Assembly: GCF_000012465.1 (NCBI RefSeq)
Contig: NC_007335.2
Coordinates: 900,001-932,000 of the forward strand
DNA length: 32,000 bases
Direction of reading: 5' to 3'
DNA from: Prochlorococcus marinus str. NATL2A
GTDB taxonomy: Bacteria > Cyanobacteriota > Cyanobacteriia > PCC-6307 > Cyanobiaceae
In this document: positions 18,621 through 27,800 of the stretch, piece by piece
Layout of the letters: each line of letters opens with the position of its first letter
Position numbering within the stretch: position 1 is the stretch's first letter
Made by a program: the position numbers and the translations under genes
Notes under the pieces: model-generated
What the model was told of the DNA's origin: nothing
The model's database searches: none
What the model saw: only the letters and a program-made list of their open reading frames with translations

Positions 18621-18665
18621 TAAATCAAATTTTCAATTCAGTAAAACAAGCGGTCAATTATTCAA

Positions 18666-18899
18666 TTGGTTGAACAAAATGCCTTAAAAGTAAAAGATTG
18701 CTATAGTCACCAAAATTTGAGTATTTTTACCTTGGGTGAAGTAATAGAAATTAGTTCAAACCAATATGGACTCAGCCTTTTTAGCGGAATGATAAGTCTT
18801 TTAGCATTAGGGGTGTATACACTTTTGACTGTAGACGCCGGAAACGACGATGATGATTCTGACTCTGGAAGTGGTGGCTTGATGCAACCAGTCAATTAA
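18666..18899 (+). CDS. Small hypothetical membrane protein with an acidic Gly/Ser tail
   Basis: There is one hydrophobic helix (LSLFSGMISLLALGVYTLLTV) followed by DAGNDDDDSDSGSGGLMQPVN. The track start is a TTG and the first in-frame ATG would give only 37 aa, so the start is uncertain. Confidence 0.4.
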   Translation: MVEQNALKVKDCYSHQNLSIFTLGEVIEISSNQYGLSLFSGMISLLALGVYTLLTVDAGNDDDDSDSGSGGLMQPVN

Positions 18900-18906
18900 T
18901 TGAAGA

Positions 18907-19215
18907 TCAATTAGTTATTAGGTTTGAAAGCCTCTCTCTAAAATCACCCTTAGCAATACCACCTTTAAGCTCACCAATAATCTCAAATTCTCCCTCCGGA
19001 TCATTAACTAATAGATAAGTAGGCCAGCCCATACCTTCTTTTGTAGGATATTGCTTTAATAATATTGGTCTATATTTTCTATAAACCACTGTATCTTGTA
19101 GTTTTACGCTAATAAATTCTATACCTAATTCGGTCGCAACTTTAGAATCAAAGAAGCTCATCCTGTGACAAGTTCCACAATCCTCAGAACTAAATTTAAT
19201 TAGAGAACAGGACAT
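18907..19215 (-). CDS. Thioredoxin-fold protein with a CGTC (CxxC) motif
   Basis: The 102-aa product contains SSEDCGTCHRM and later ...GWPTYLLV..., which fits a thioredoxin-like fold. Confidence 0.65.
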   Translation of the reverse strand: MSCSLIKFSSEDCGTCHRMSFFDSKVATELGIEFISVKLQDTVVYRKYRPILLKQYPTKEGMGWPTYLLVNDPEGEFEIIGELKGGIAKGDFRERLSNLITN

Positions 19216-19268
19216 AAAAAAAAACTATTATGAATTTATACTAAATACAAGTATTCATAAAAAGTAGA

Positions 19269-19928
19269 TCAGTAATTAGACTTATTGTTTCTTGCAATCA
19301 CTGAAAAAAAAGGATCACTCTCTGATGAGTAAAACCCAAAAAGCTTTTTATCTTGAGTTTTCTCATTTAATATTTTTTCTATCCTCCATCCATTAGAAGT
19401 AAGGACACTAGTTACATATTCAATTCTTTTTTCCTCTGACGAATATGTCCAGATGTTTGGAGCTTTTGTCCAGAATGCTCGATTAGTGAAGGAGATTATC
19501 AATAATGAATCAGATTTGATAACCCTTGATAGTTCTAATGAAACTTTTTCAGGATATTGAAGATATTGCCAGCCTGCAACAATTAATCCAACATCAACAG
19601 AAGAATCTTCAATTGGCATATTTTGTTTCTTATTTAAATTTTGTACGAAGAACCTATCAAGTCTTTCATTAGAACTTAACTCAGCTTCATTCATTCCATG
19701 ACCAATAACTTTTTTATAACTAATATTAGATGGTAAATGACTTACCCAACTACTCATTAAATCTAAAATAATGTGATGATTAAGCAGATACTCAGTGTAT
19801 AAACTTGTCAGCCTATTTCTGAATGAATCGCTAAGGTGATGAACAAATCTTGGCTGTTGATAAAAGATTTCATCGTCACTAATATCACACTTATTCCTAT
19901 CGTATGATGAGAGTTTCATCCTAATCAA
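19269..19928 (-). CDS. SAM-methyltransferase-like protein (cyanobacteria/plant conserved family)
   Basis: The motifs DDEIFYQQPRFVHHL and ILDLMSSWVSHLP, together with later Rossmann-like strands, match from memory a Methyltransf_11-like family shared with plants. Confidence 0.6.
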   Translation of the reverse strand: MIRMKLSSYDRNKCDISDDEIFYQQPRFVHHLSDSFRNRLTSLYTEYLLNHHIILDLMSSWVSHLPSNISYKKVIGHGMNEAELSSNERLDRFFVQNLNKKQNMPIEDSSVDVGLIVAGWQYLQYPEKVSLELSRVIKSDSLLIISFTNRAFWTKAPNIWTYSSEEKRIEYVTSVLTSNGWRIEKILNEKTQDKKLFGFYSSESDPFFSVIARNNKSNY

Positions 19929-19980
19929 TATATTTCGTTAATACTAGTAGAGTTTTAATGTATTAGCGTATATATAAGTA

Positions 19981-20020
19981 AATTAATAGACAATATATCA
20001 ATCTAAAGCCAATTAATAGA
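19981..20020. repeat. Exact 10-bp direct repeat AATTAATAGA (19981-19990 and 20011-20020), with starts 30 bp apart
   Basis: Read directly from the sequence. It lies in the 115-bp gap upstream of the MTase-like gene. Confidence 0.75.
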
Positions 20021-20043
20021 TTATTATTTAGTTAATATAAACC

Positions 20044-20643
20044 TTATTCATTTATAGTTTGAGATGATTTAGTAGGTTCGCTCAGATCAAATTTATTATT
20101 GGTAGGGATCAATAACATAAGGGAGCTTGTAGATAAAAATAAAATGAATGCATAAAATAAAGCAAATCTTTTCTTTGATTTATAAGCACTAGAATTAATA
20201 TATCTCTTGCTGTAAGGTCTATCTAAAGTGATATTCCAATTAAGGTTAAATCTGGAATCAAACCTCAATAGATCTAAACATTGAGTAAGATCAGACAATT
20301 CTGAATCATCTAATATAATTTCTAGAGGCTTAACATCTTTCTTTGTACTATTAAGACGTAATTTATGACTACTGCCAAATGGAGAGATCATTACAATATT
20401 TTTTTTTGATATAAATGTTTTTCGAATTCCAGAGATATACGACCGTGAATATTGAAGAATTACTTGCATCAAGTTTTCAAGATGTTCCTTTTCACCCTCT
20501 AGTGTAGGTGAGCCGATTATTTTCAATGTCCATGAAGATAAGATACCAATAGTATTCTCTGAGTCTCCATTTGAAACATCTGGCATACCATCTAGTTCTA
20601 GAGATGAAGAGTTTTGATCAAATCTATAAGATAAATTAATCAT
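20044..20643 (-). CDS. Conserved cyanobacterial hypothetical protein (DUF4335-like) with a C-terminal membrane anchor
   Basis: The ORF is 199 aa with a hydrophobic segment, FALFYAFILFLSTSSLMLLI, near the C-terminus. The family name is from memory and unverified. Confidence 0.5.
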   Translation of the reverse strand: MINLSYRFDQNSSSLELDGMPDVSNGDSENTIGILSSWTLKIIGSPTLEGEKEHLENLMQVILQYSRSYISGIRKTFISKKNIVMISPFGSSHKLRLNSTKKDVKPLEIILDDSELSDLTQCLDLLRFDSRFNLNWNITLDRPYSKRYINSSAYKSKKRFALFYAFILFLSTSSLMLLIPTNNKFDLSEPTKSSQTINE

Positions 20644-20652
20644 TTATATAAA

Positions 20653-21315
20653 CTAAGATTGGTGATATAAAGAAGCTTTAAGTCGACAAGCACCACCTTT
20701 TCCACAAGACAAAGAAAGAATGACTAATAACTCTCTAAAAAATTCATGCTTATCATCATTTAATAAGGAGATTATATAACTACGCTTCAAATTCATCCTC
20801 TCGGATATAAGTGACTTAAGACGTGAACTAAATAAAATCCATCGCTCTTGATTCAGTGTCTTAGATTCTTTGGAGGAAAGTAATTGCCTAATAAGAGGAT
20901 AAAGGTTTTCTGCCATGGAAGAAATAAGTTCAACAAGAGAATCTATCTGCTCAAATGAGAGTGATGAAAAGGTGTGACTTTTCCTCAACGGGTTAGAACA
21001 TCTAATTTTCCAGAATTGAACTCTACTAGTGAACTCATCTGATAAACCAATATTATTAGCCTTCAAAAAGAGGGAATCCATTGCATTGATTTGAAGCGTT
21101 TCGATAACTAAAAGTAAAAAATCAAGTTTTTTAGAGGCATCCTTTGAAATAAAACAATTTAAATAACCACTTTCACCACAGGTTTTAAAATTATTGGATT
21201 CATTAATGAATTCTTTACTATGCGTGGCAACTAAATTAGAAGTCTTCATAGTGTCAATAATGACAGGAGTTTGCTGATTTGCTAGCTTTAATGTTGGTTT
21301 AATAAAATCGCACAC
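20653..21315 (-). CDS. Conserved cyanobacterial hypothetical protein (DUF3038-like)
   Basis: The ORF is 220 aa and lies 9 nt upstream of the DUF4335-like gene on the same strand. The track start is GTG 21315. An ATG at 21249 (MKTSNLV) is an alternative start. Confidence 0.5.
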   Translation of the reverse strand: MCDFIKPTLKLANQQTPVIIDTMKTSNLVATHSKEFINESNNFKTCGESGYLNCFISKDASKKLDFLLLVIETLQINAMDSLFLKANNIGLSDEFTSRVQFWKIRCSNPLRKSHTFSSLSFEQIDSLVELISSMAENLYPLIRQLLSSKESKTLNQERWILFSSRLKSLISERMNLKRSYIISLLNDDKHEFFRELLVILSLSCGKGGACRLKASLYHQS

Positions 21316-21333
21316 CTCAAATATTTATATTGC

Positions 21334-21852
21334 ATGGATCACTTAAAAAAATACATTACAGAAATAAATGATTACCCGAAAAAGGGAATTGTCTTCAAAG
21401 ACTTAAACCCAATATATAAAGAGCCCAAGATATGGAAAGAATTAATGTTTCCTCTTCAGAACCTGATATCTACTAAAAAACCTGATTATATTGCTGGCAT
21501 AGAATCAAGAGGATTTATTTCTGCATCTGCATTGGCATTTAAGCTTGAGATAGGTTTAATTACTATTAGAAAACCTAATAAATTACCTGGAGAAGTAATA
21601 GGTACTAATTATAAGCTTGAATACGGTGAAGACAGATTAGAAATCCAGCAAAATATAATGGAAAAGGATAGTAAGATAATGTTATTTGATGATTTACTAG
21701 CTACAGGAGGAACAGCAGGTGCAGCAGGTAACTTGATCAAAAAAGCAGGTGGTAATTTAATTGGATATGCTTTTCTTGTAGAGCTAACTGAACTTAAAGG
21801 GAGAGAAAATTTAGATTCAAATTTATTTGTAGAAACCCTAATAAAGTATTAG
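21334..21852 (+). CDS. apt: Adenine phosphoribosyltransferase
   Basis: The PRPP-binding motif MLFDDLLATGGTA is present, the N-terminus INDYPKKGIVFKD fits, and the product is 172 aa. Confidence 0.9.
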   Translation: MDHLKKYITEINDYPKKGIVFKDLNPIYKEPKIWKELMFPLQNLISTKKPDYIAGIESRGFISASALAFKLEIGLITIRKPNKLPGEVIGTNYKLEYGEDRLEIQQNIMEKDSKIMLFDDLLATGGTAGAAGNLIKKAGGNLIGYAFLVELTELKGRENLDSNLFVETLIKY

Positions 21853-22058
21853 TTATTCTTTAGCCACAAAAGTATTATCTTTAGTTGAGACAATGTAATT
21901 AAACCATAACTCCACATTACAATAGGAAGTGGAGAATTTTCCAAACAAGATCTTTTTATTCCTAATTCGAGCGCTCCCTGACTTATACCTAAGTTATCAA
22001 TTATGAAATTACACAATTCAGTTGATGGAGGATTGATAGAATTAATCGTATTTATCAT
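21849..22058 (-). CDS. Small conserved cyanobacterial protein (DUF2949-like)
   Basis: The 69-aa product contains ...PLPIVMWSYGLITLSQLKIILLWL..., a pattern that from memory matches DUF2949. Confidence 0.55.
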   Translation of the reverse strand: MINTINSINPPSTELCNFIIDNLGISQGALELGIKRSCLENSPLPIVMWSYGLITLSQLKIILLWLKNN

Positions 22059-22074
22059 TTATATATAAATCAAA

Positions 22075-23187
22075 TTAGAATCCATTAGTCATTAAATTGA
22101 GAATATATTTCCTAAATAAAGATGATTTTTTTAAAATAAAAAATACAAGTAACCTAGGTAAATAAAAGATAGAAATATTGCTTCGAGAATATCTTACTAA
22201 ACTATCCGTTAAAATAGATATGGATAGTACATCAAACGATCTAGAAATAGAATAAATTAATGGAATTAAAGAATGATTATTCTTTAATAATGGAATAGAT
22301 AATAATTTCGACAAACAATCAACGTCTCGCCAACATAGATTTAGTCCTTGACCACCTACAGGATGAATTTTGTGTGCTGTCTCACCTAAGTAAATATATT
22401 TACCAGAAAAAAATAAATAGTTAAGACAAAAATCAATTGGAAAAGATTCTGGCGAATCAATAATAGTGTCAGGTTCAATACCGTAAGGAAGAATTGTAGA
22501 TAAATAGTCTAAAAATAGAGATTTAGATAAATTCATATTATAAGTACCCTTTAAGATTGATTGACTACATATAACTTGAAATAAATCACCTCCTAATGGT
22601 AAAACAGCAAATGGGCCCTCACTATTTAAAATTTCGAATGCTTCATTAGATTTTACCCCTCTAAGAAGAACCTTAGCAGTAATACACATCTGATCATATT
22701 TAAAATGAAAAGAGGGTGTGTTAAGCTTTTTTTTTGTATTAGAGCTTGATCCATCTGCAGCAACAATTAGATCATAATTATTGGTATTGGGAATCACAGA
22801 TGTTGGAATCTTGTTGATATTTTCTAAATTAGATATAACGCTTAAAATTGATAACATTATAAATTTATGTTCAGCAATCCAACCTACTGCTGAATATTTT
22901 TGGTCTGGAATAGGTAAATCATTAGTAAGAAATACAAACTTTTTATTTAATTCATAGTCGATTACATTCAGAAATTGAAATGGTACTAAATCCCTTGATA
23001 AATTTGACCAGATACCAAGTTTTTCTAATATCTTTCTAGAGGAATGTGTAATAGCGTATGTTCGATCTCGATTGACAAGTTCTTCGTCTGATAGTCTCTC
23101 ATATAGATCAACTCTACAGCCAGCTTTTGCTAATGAAATTGCGGCCAATGATCCAGTTAATCCAGAACCAATAATTGCTATATTCAT
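22075..23187 (-). CDS. FAD-dependent monooxygenase, UbiH/Coq6-like
   Basis: The N-terminus has the dinucleotide fold IAIIGSGLTGSLAAISLAKAG...DLYER. The GETAHKIHPVGGQGLN motif (GD/GE-AAH..P..GQG) is also present. Confidence 0.8.
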   Translation of the reverse strand: MNIAIIGSGLTGSLAAISLAKAGCRVDLYERLSDEELVNRDRTYAITHSSRKILEKLGIWSNLSRDLVPFQFLNVIDYELNKKFVFLTNDLPIPDQKYSAVGWIAEHKFIMLSILSVISNLENINKIPTSVIPNTNNYDLIVAADGSSSNTKKKLNTPSFHFKYDQMCITAKVLLRGVKSNEAFEILNSEGPFAVLPLGGDLFQVICSQSILKGTYNMNLSKSLFLDYLSTILPYGIEPDTIIDSPESFPIDFCLNYLFFSGKYIYLGETAHKIHPVGGQGLNLCWRDVDCLSKLLSIPLLKNNHSLIPLIYSISRSFDVLSISILTDSLVRYSRSNISIFYLPRLLVFFILKKSSLFRKYILNLMTNGF

Positions 23188-23220
23188 AAATACGATTATA
23201 TCATTTTTTACAAAAAAGAT

Positions 23221-23868
23221 TTAGCCTGAAATTCTCAAATTAACAAATTCCTCAAAGGCAGGTCGAAGAAGAAAAGGATAAGAACCTACCCATAAATTTA
23301 TTTCTGGACACCAAGCATCACTTATCGCCTGAATTGTATCAAAATCTCTTCTATTGCTAAAAACCACACAGTTAATTCTCATTCCTTTAGTAAGTATATT
23401 AAATTTCTTTTGTAATGGAAAACTTATATTACCTATAAATCCATCTTCATCTTCTATATCCAAGATAACGAATGTTCGCTTTTTCTCTAACACCTCTAAT
23501 CTTCCATCTTGATTAGCTTGCTCCTGTTTATTTTCCACCCTATCTTCCACATAAACATCAGAAATATAACCATCAACTAATGCTGAAAAAGTAAAACTTT
23601 TAAACTTAGAATTTTTTCTACTAGCTTCAAGTATTGGTCCCCATAAAATATATAAAAGAAAAACAACACCTAATACCAACCATAGAGAATAGAACTGACT
23701 GGTTACTTGACTTTGACTAATTAGCAAAGTAATAACACCACCAATGGCAGAAATCATAATCCGCTGAAAGATTTTCTGAGGATTACCTAATGCTGAATTG
23801 AATTGTTTCCCTGTCGCAACAGCAGGAATCAATTTATTAATCTCATTTTGCTTAATAGGAAATAACAT
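23221..23868 (-). CDS. Conserved hypothetical membrane protein (two helices plus a soluble C-terminal domain)
   Basis: The ORF is 215 aa with hydrophobic segments ISAIGGVITLLI and LWLVLGVVFLLYILWGPIL. I recognise no family with any confidence. Confidence 0.55.
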   Translation of the reverse strand: MLFPIKQNEINKLIPAVATGKQFNSALGNPQKIFQRIMISAIGGVITLLISQSQVTSQFYSLWLVLGVVFLLYILWGPILEASRKNSKFKSFTFSALVDGYISDVYVEDRVENKQEQANQDGRLEVLEKKRTFVILDIEDEDGFIGNISFPLQKKFNILTKGMRINCVVFSNRRDFDTIQAISDAWCPEINLWVGSYPFLLRPAFEEFVNLRISG

Positions 23869-23880
23869 TTGTATTAAAAA

Positions 23881-24729
23881 CTATAAAATTTTCTCAAGTC
23901 CGTAAACCAATTTATTGAATGATCTAATTTTTTTGATCACTAATAGAACGCCAGGCATGTAGGCAGATCGATCAATAGTGTTATGAGATAACTCATATGT
24001 CTCTCCATTTGACCCAAACATGACTTGCTGATGAGCAACAAGACCAGGCAACCTTACGGAATGGAGTCTCAAGCCACTAGCACGAGAACCGCCACGAGAG
24101 CCTTTAATTGATTCTTCTTCCTCTACAAAAGATCTATTGAAGTTTGAACGTTGCTCCTCAATCAGTTCGGCGGTTTTGATACACGTACCACTTGGGGCAT
24201 CAGCCTTTTTGTTGTGATGCATTTCAGTCAATTCAGCGAACTCATAAAAACGGGCTGCTGCGGCTGCGGCTTGCTGCAGCAAAACCATACCTACTGAGAA
24301 ATTAGGAATAATAGCTGAACCAAGAGAAGCTTTGTCTGCGAATTTAGAAAGATCATCTAACTGATCTGCCGTTATTCCAGTGGTACCAATTACAGGATGA
24401 ACTCCATAGGCGATTGATGTACGGGTGTGTTTATAAGCAAATTTTGGATGAGTAAAATCAACTAAAACAGCACCATTATTTGAACCATCTTTAGGGACGT
24501 TTTGACTTGCAGCACACAAAGAGCCTTCGAAATCACTAGAAAGGAAAACATCTAATTCACCTAACCCCAGCAACGAACCTATGTCTTGACCTTCTTTGTC
24601 CTTCTGGTTATCAATTGCGCCAACAAGTTGAAAATCTTTGGATGAATTAATCGCTTTAACAACTTCAGATCCCATTCGACCCATAGCTCCTGCTACTAAA
24701 ACTGGTATTGATTGATTAGCAGAACTCAT
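23881..24729 (-). CDS. dapB: 4-hydroxy-tetrahydrodipicolinate reductase
   Basis: The motifs [11 protein letters not shown] (NAD(P) binding) and [14 protein letters not shown] (the DapB signature) are present. Confidence 0.9.
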   Translation of the reverse strand: MSSANQSIPVLVAGAMGRMGSEVVKAINSSKDFQLVGAIDNQKDKEGQDIGSLLGLGELDVFLSSDFEGSLCAASQNVPKDGSNNGAVLVDFTHPKFAYKHTRTSIAYGVHPVIGTTGITADQLDDLSKFADKASLGSAIIPNFSVGMVLLQQAAAAAARFYEFAELTEMHHNKKADAPSGTCIKTAELIEEQRSNFNRSFVEEEESIKGSRGGSRASGLRLHSVRLPGLVAHQQVMFGSNGETYELSHNTIDRSAYMPGVLLVIKKIRSFNKLVYGLEKIL

Positions 24730-24842
24730 TGAATTTGTTTTTGCATTATTATATTTGCTTTTTCATGTAACACGCATTAACTAAATAACACACTAAAGGC
24801 CCACTGAACACTAGGCTTGGTCGAATTACCTAAGAAGAAAAG

Positions 24843-27800
24843 ATGTTTACACAGGTTCGCTCAGCAAATCGCAGAGTTTCACCTGTCGAGAATCATAAGC
24901 ATAAAGCTGTGATGAAGGCTGTTTATGTAGTCCTTGAGCCTCAATATCAAAATGCTCTTACACAGGCTGCTAACTCATTAAATTCGCAAAATGGCCCTAT
25001 TGGAATTGAACTTAATGGATATTTAATTGAAGAACTTAGAGATACAAACAATTATGAAAGCTTTAAAAAAGATATAGAAAATGCTGATTTATTCGTAGCT
25101 TCATTGATTTTCATTGAAGATTTGGCGCAAAAAGTTGTTGAAGCAGTTGAACCTCACAAAGACAGTCTTAAGGCAGCGGTGGTATTTCCATCAATGCCAG
25201 AAGTAATGCGATTGAACAAATTGGGAACTTTTTCTATGGCGCAGTTAGGCCAAAGTAAAAGCATCATTGGCGATTTCATGAAGAAGAGGAAAGAAGCGGG
25301 CGGCGCTGGATTTCAAGATTCAATGTTGAAGCTTCTAAATACCCTACCCTCAATTCTTAAGTATCTGCCTGTAGACAAAGCACAAGACGCTCGTAGTTTT
25401 ATGCTTAGTTTTCAATATTGGTTAGGAGGAACTCCAGATAATCTTCGAAATTTCTTATTAATGCTTGGAGACAAATATGTATTTCCAGAACTAAATAAAG
25501 AAGAAGAAAAAATTGAAGTTGCAGAGCCTGAAGTTTTCCCTGATTTGGGAATTTGGCATCCTTTAGCTCCAAATATGTTTGAGGATAAAAAAGAATATTT
25601 AAATTGGACAGCTTCTAGGGATGATCTATCAAGTAAGGCTAAAAACGGTCCTGTAATCGGACTAGTACTTCAAAGAAGTCACATTGTTACTGGAGACGAT
25701 GCTCACTACGTCGCAGTTATTCAAGAATTGGAATACAGGGGAGCAACAGTAATTCCTGTTTTTTGTGGTGGGTTAGATTTTTCTAAGCCAGTAAATGAAT
25801 TTTATTACGATCCTATAAATCCTGATAAACCCATTGTAGATGGGGTTGTTTCACTTACAGGATTCGCACTTGTTGGAGGTCCAGCAAGACAAGATCACCC
25901 AAAAGCTGTCGATGCTTTAAAAAAGCTCAATCGACCTTACATGGTTGCTCTGCCACTCGTTTTTCAAACAACTCAAGAATGGGAAGGAAGTGACCTAGGA
26001 CTTCATCCAGTTCAAGTTGCACTTCAAATTGCAATCCCTGAATTAGATGGTGCTATTGAGCCAATAGTTTTATCTGGTCGAGATGATGCAACTGGCAAAG
26101 CTCATACACTACAAGACAGAGTAGATGCAATAGCTGAAAGAGCTATCAGATGGTCATCACTAAGAATTAAAAAACGTGACCAGAAGAAATTAGCTATTAC
26201 TGTATTTAGTTTTCCACCTGATAAAGGGAATGTTGGAACAGCTGCTTATTTAGACGTCTTTGGCTCTATTTATAGAGTTTTAGAAGAAATGAAGGAAAAA
26301 GGTTATGACATAAAAGATCTACCTAAGAATCCAAAAGAACTAATGGAGACATTAATAAATGATCCAGAGGCTTTACAAGGTGCTCCTGAGCTATCAATAG
26401 CGCATCGAATGAGTGTAAAAGAATATGAGAAATTAACTCCATATTCTGAGAGACTAGAAGAGAACTGGGGAAAGCCACCGGGAAATTTAAATAGTGACGG
26501 ACAAAATCTTCTTATATATGGAAAAGAATTTGGAAATGTATTTGTAGGGGTGCAACCAACCTTTGGATATGAAGGTGATCCTATGAGATTGCTTTATTCT
26601 AGAAGTGCTAGTCCTCATCATGGATTTGCCGCTTATTACACTTATTTAGAAAAAGTTTGGAAGGCAGACGCAGTTCTACATTTTGGAACCCACGGATCGC
26701 TTGAATTCATGCCCGGGAAACAAATGGGTATGAGCGAGACATGTTATCCAGATTCATTGATTGGAGGTCTACCTAATCTTTACTACTACGCAGCAAATAA
26801 TCCTTCGGAAGCAACAATCGCAAAAAGAAGAGGATACGCATCAACAATTAGTTATTTAACGCCCCCTGCTGAAAACGCTGGACTATATAAAGGTCTAAAA
26901 GAACTTGGAGAGTTAGTTGGTTCTTATCAACAATTAAGAGAAAGTGGAAGAGGAATTCAAATTGTTAACGCAATAGTTGAGACATCAAAAAAATGTAATC
27001 TTGATGAAGATGTCAAACTACCTGAAAAAGATGCCTCCGAATTAGAAATAGATGAAAGAGATTTGGTAGTAGGAAATGTATATAAACAATTAATGGAAAT
27101 AGAAAGTCGATTATTACCTTGCGGCTTACACACAATTGGTAAACCAGCCACTGCTGAGGAAGCAATTGCAACCTTGGTAAGTATCGCTTCTATTGAAAGA
27201 GAAGATGATGGAATCAGATCTTTGCCAGGATTATTAGCTGAATCAAAAGGAAAAACAATTGAGGAAGTCTATGAAGGTAATAACAAGGGAAAATTAGAAG
27301 ATGTTGAACTTAATAAATTAATTACAGAAACATCAAGAGAAGCTGTTGGTTCAATGGTTAGATCTCTTACAGGAAGAGATGGGAGAGTAAATATGAAGAA
27401 GAATATCTGGACGCTAATTGTTGAGTTCTTGAGAGGAATTGGTTTCGCAATTCCATCACCATGGCAAGCATCTGCTAAGAAAGCAGGTTTTGAAAATGTA
27501 AATCAAGGTTCTCTAGATAAGGTCTTTGACTATTTGAGATTTTGCTTAGAGCAAATATGTGCAGATAAAGAGATGGAGAGCCTTTTAAAAGCTCTAGATG
27601 GAGATTATGTGATTCCTGGTCCTGGAGGAGATCCTATTAGGAACCCAGGAGTATTACCAAGTGGTAAAAATATTCACGCATTAGACCCCCAATCGATACC
27701 AACTGTTGCGGCTGTGGCTTCAGCCAAAGGAGTAGTTGACAAACTTATTGAGAGGCAGAAAGAGGAGCAAGGTACATGGCCAGAGACTATCGCTTGCGTA

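Noticed and set aside
18707-18895. A 62-aa minus-strand ORF overlapping the small + strand membrane protein
   Set aside because: Its translation (…PPLPESESSSSFPAS…) looks like the mirror image of the acidic Gly/Ser tail and has no helix or motif. The + strand product has a coherent helix-plus-tail architecture. This call is not certain (see the related finding).
18858-18899. A Gly-Gly in the tail of the small protein (…SGSGG/LMQPVN), considered as a double-glycine leader cleavage site of a bacteriocin or prochlorosin-type peptide
   Set aside because: Only six residues would follow the GG. There is no Cys/Ser/Thr-rich core and no LanM, peptidase-ABC or other maturation gene nearby. The upstream segment is a membrane helix rather than an NHLP/Nif11-type leader.
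18892-18903. A perfect 12-bp palindrome, TCAATTAATTGA, at the convergent junction 18899/18907, considered as a possible bidirectional terminator
   Set aside because: The hairpin would be all A/T except for two pairs, would have no loop, and is not followed by a U-tract on either strand. It would be too weak to call a terminator.
24767-24780. An NtcA-like sequence, GTA-N8-TAA, upstream of chlH
   Set aside because: The right half-site deviates from the essential TAC. Single GTA-N8-TAx matches are common in AT-rich DNA, and there is no supporting -10 spacing that I could justify.
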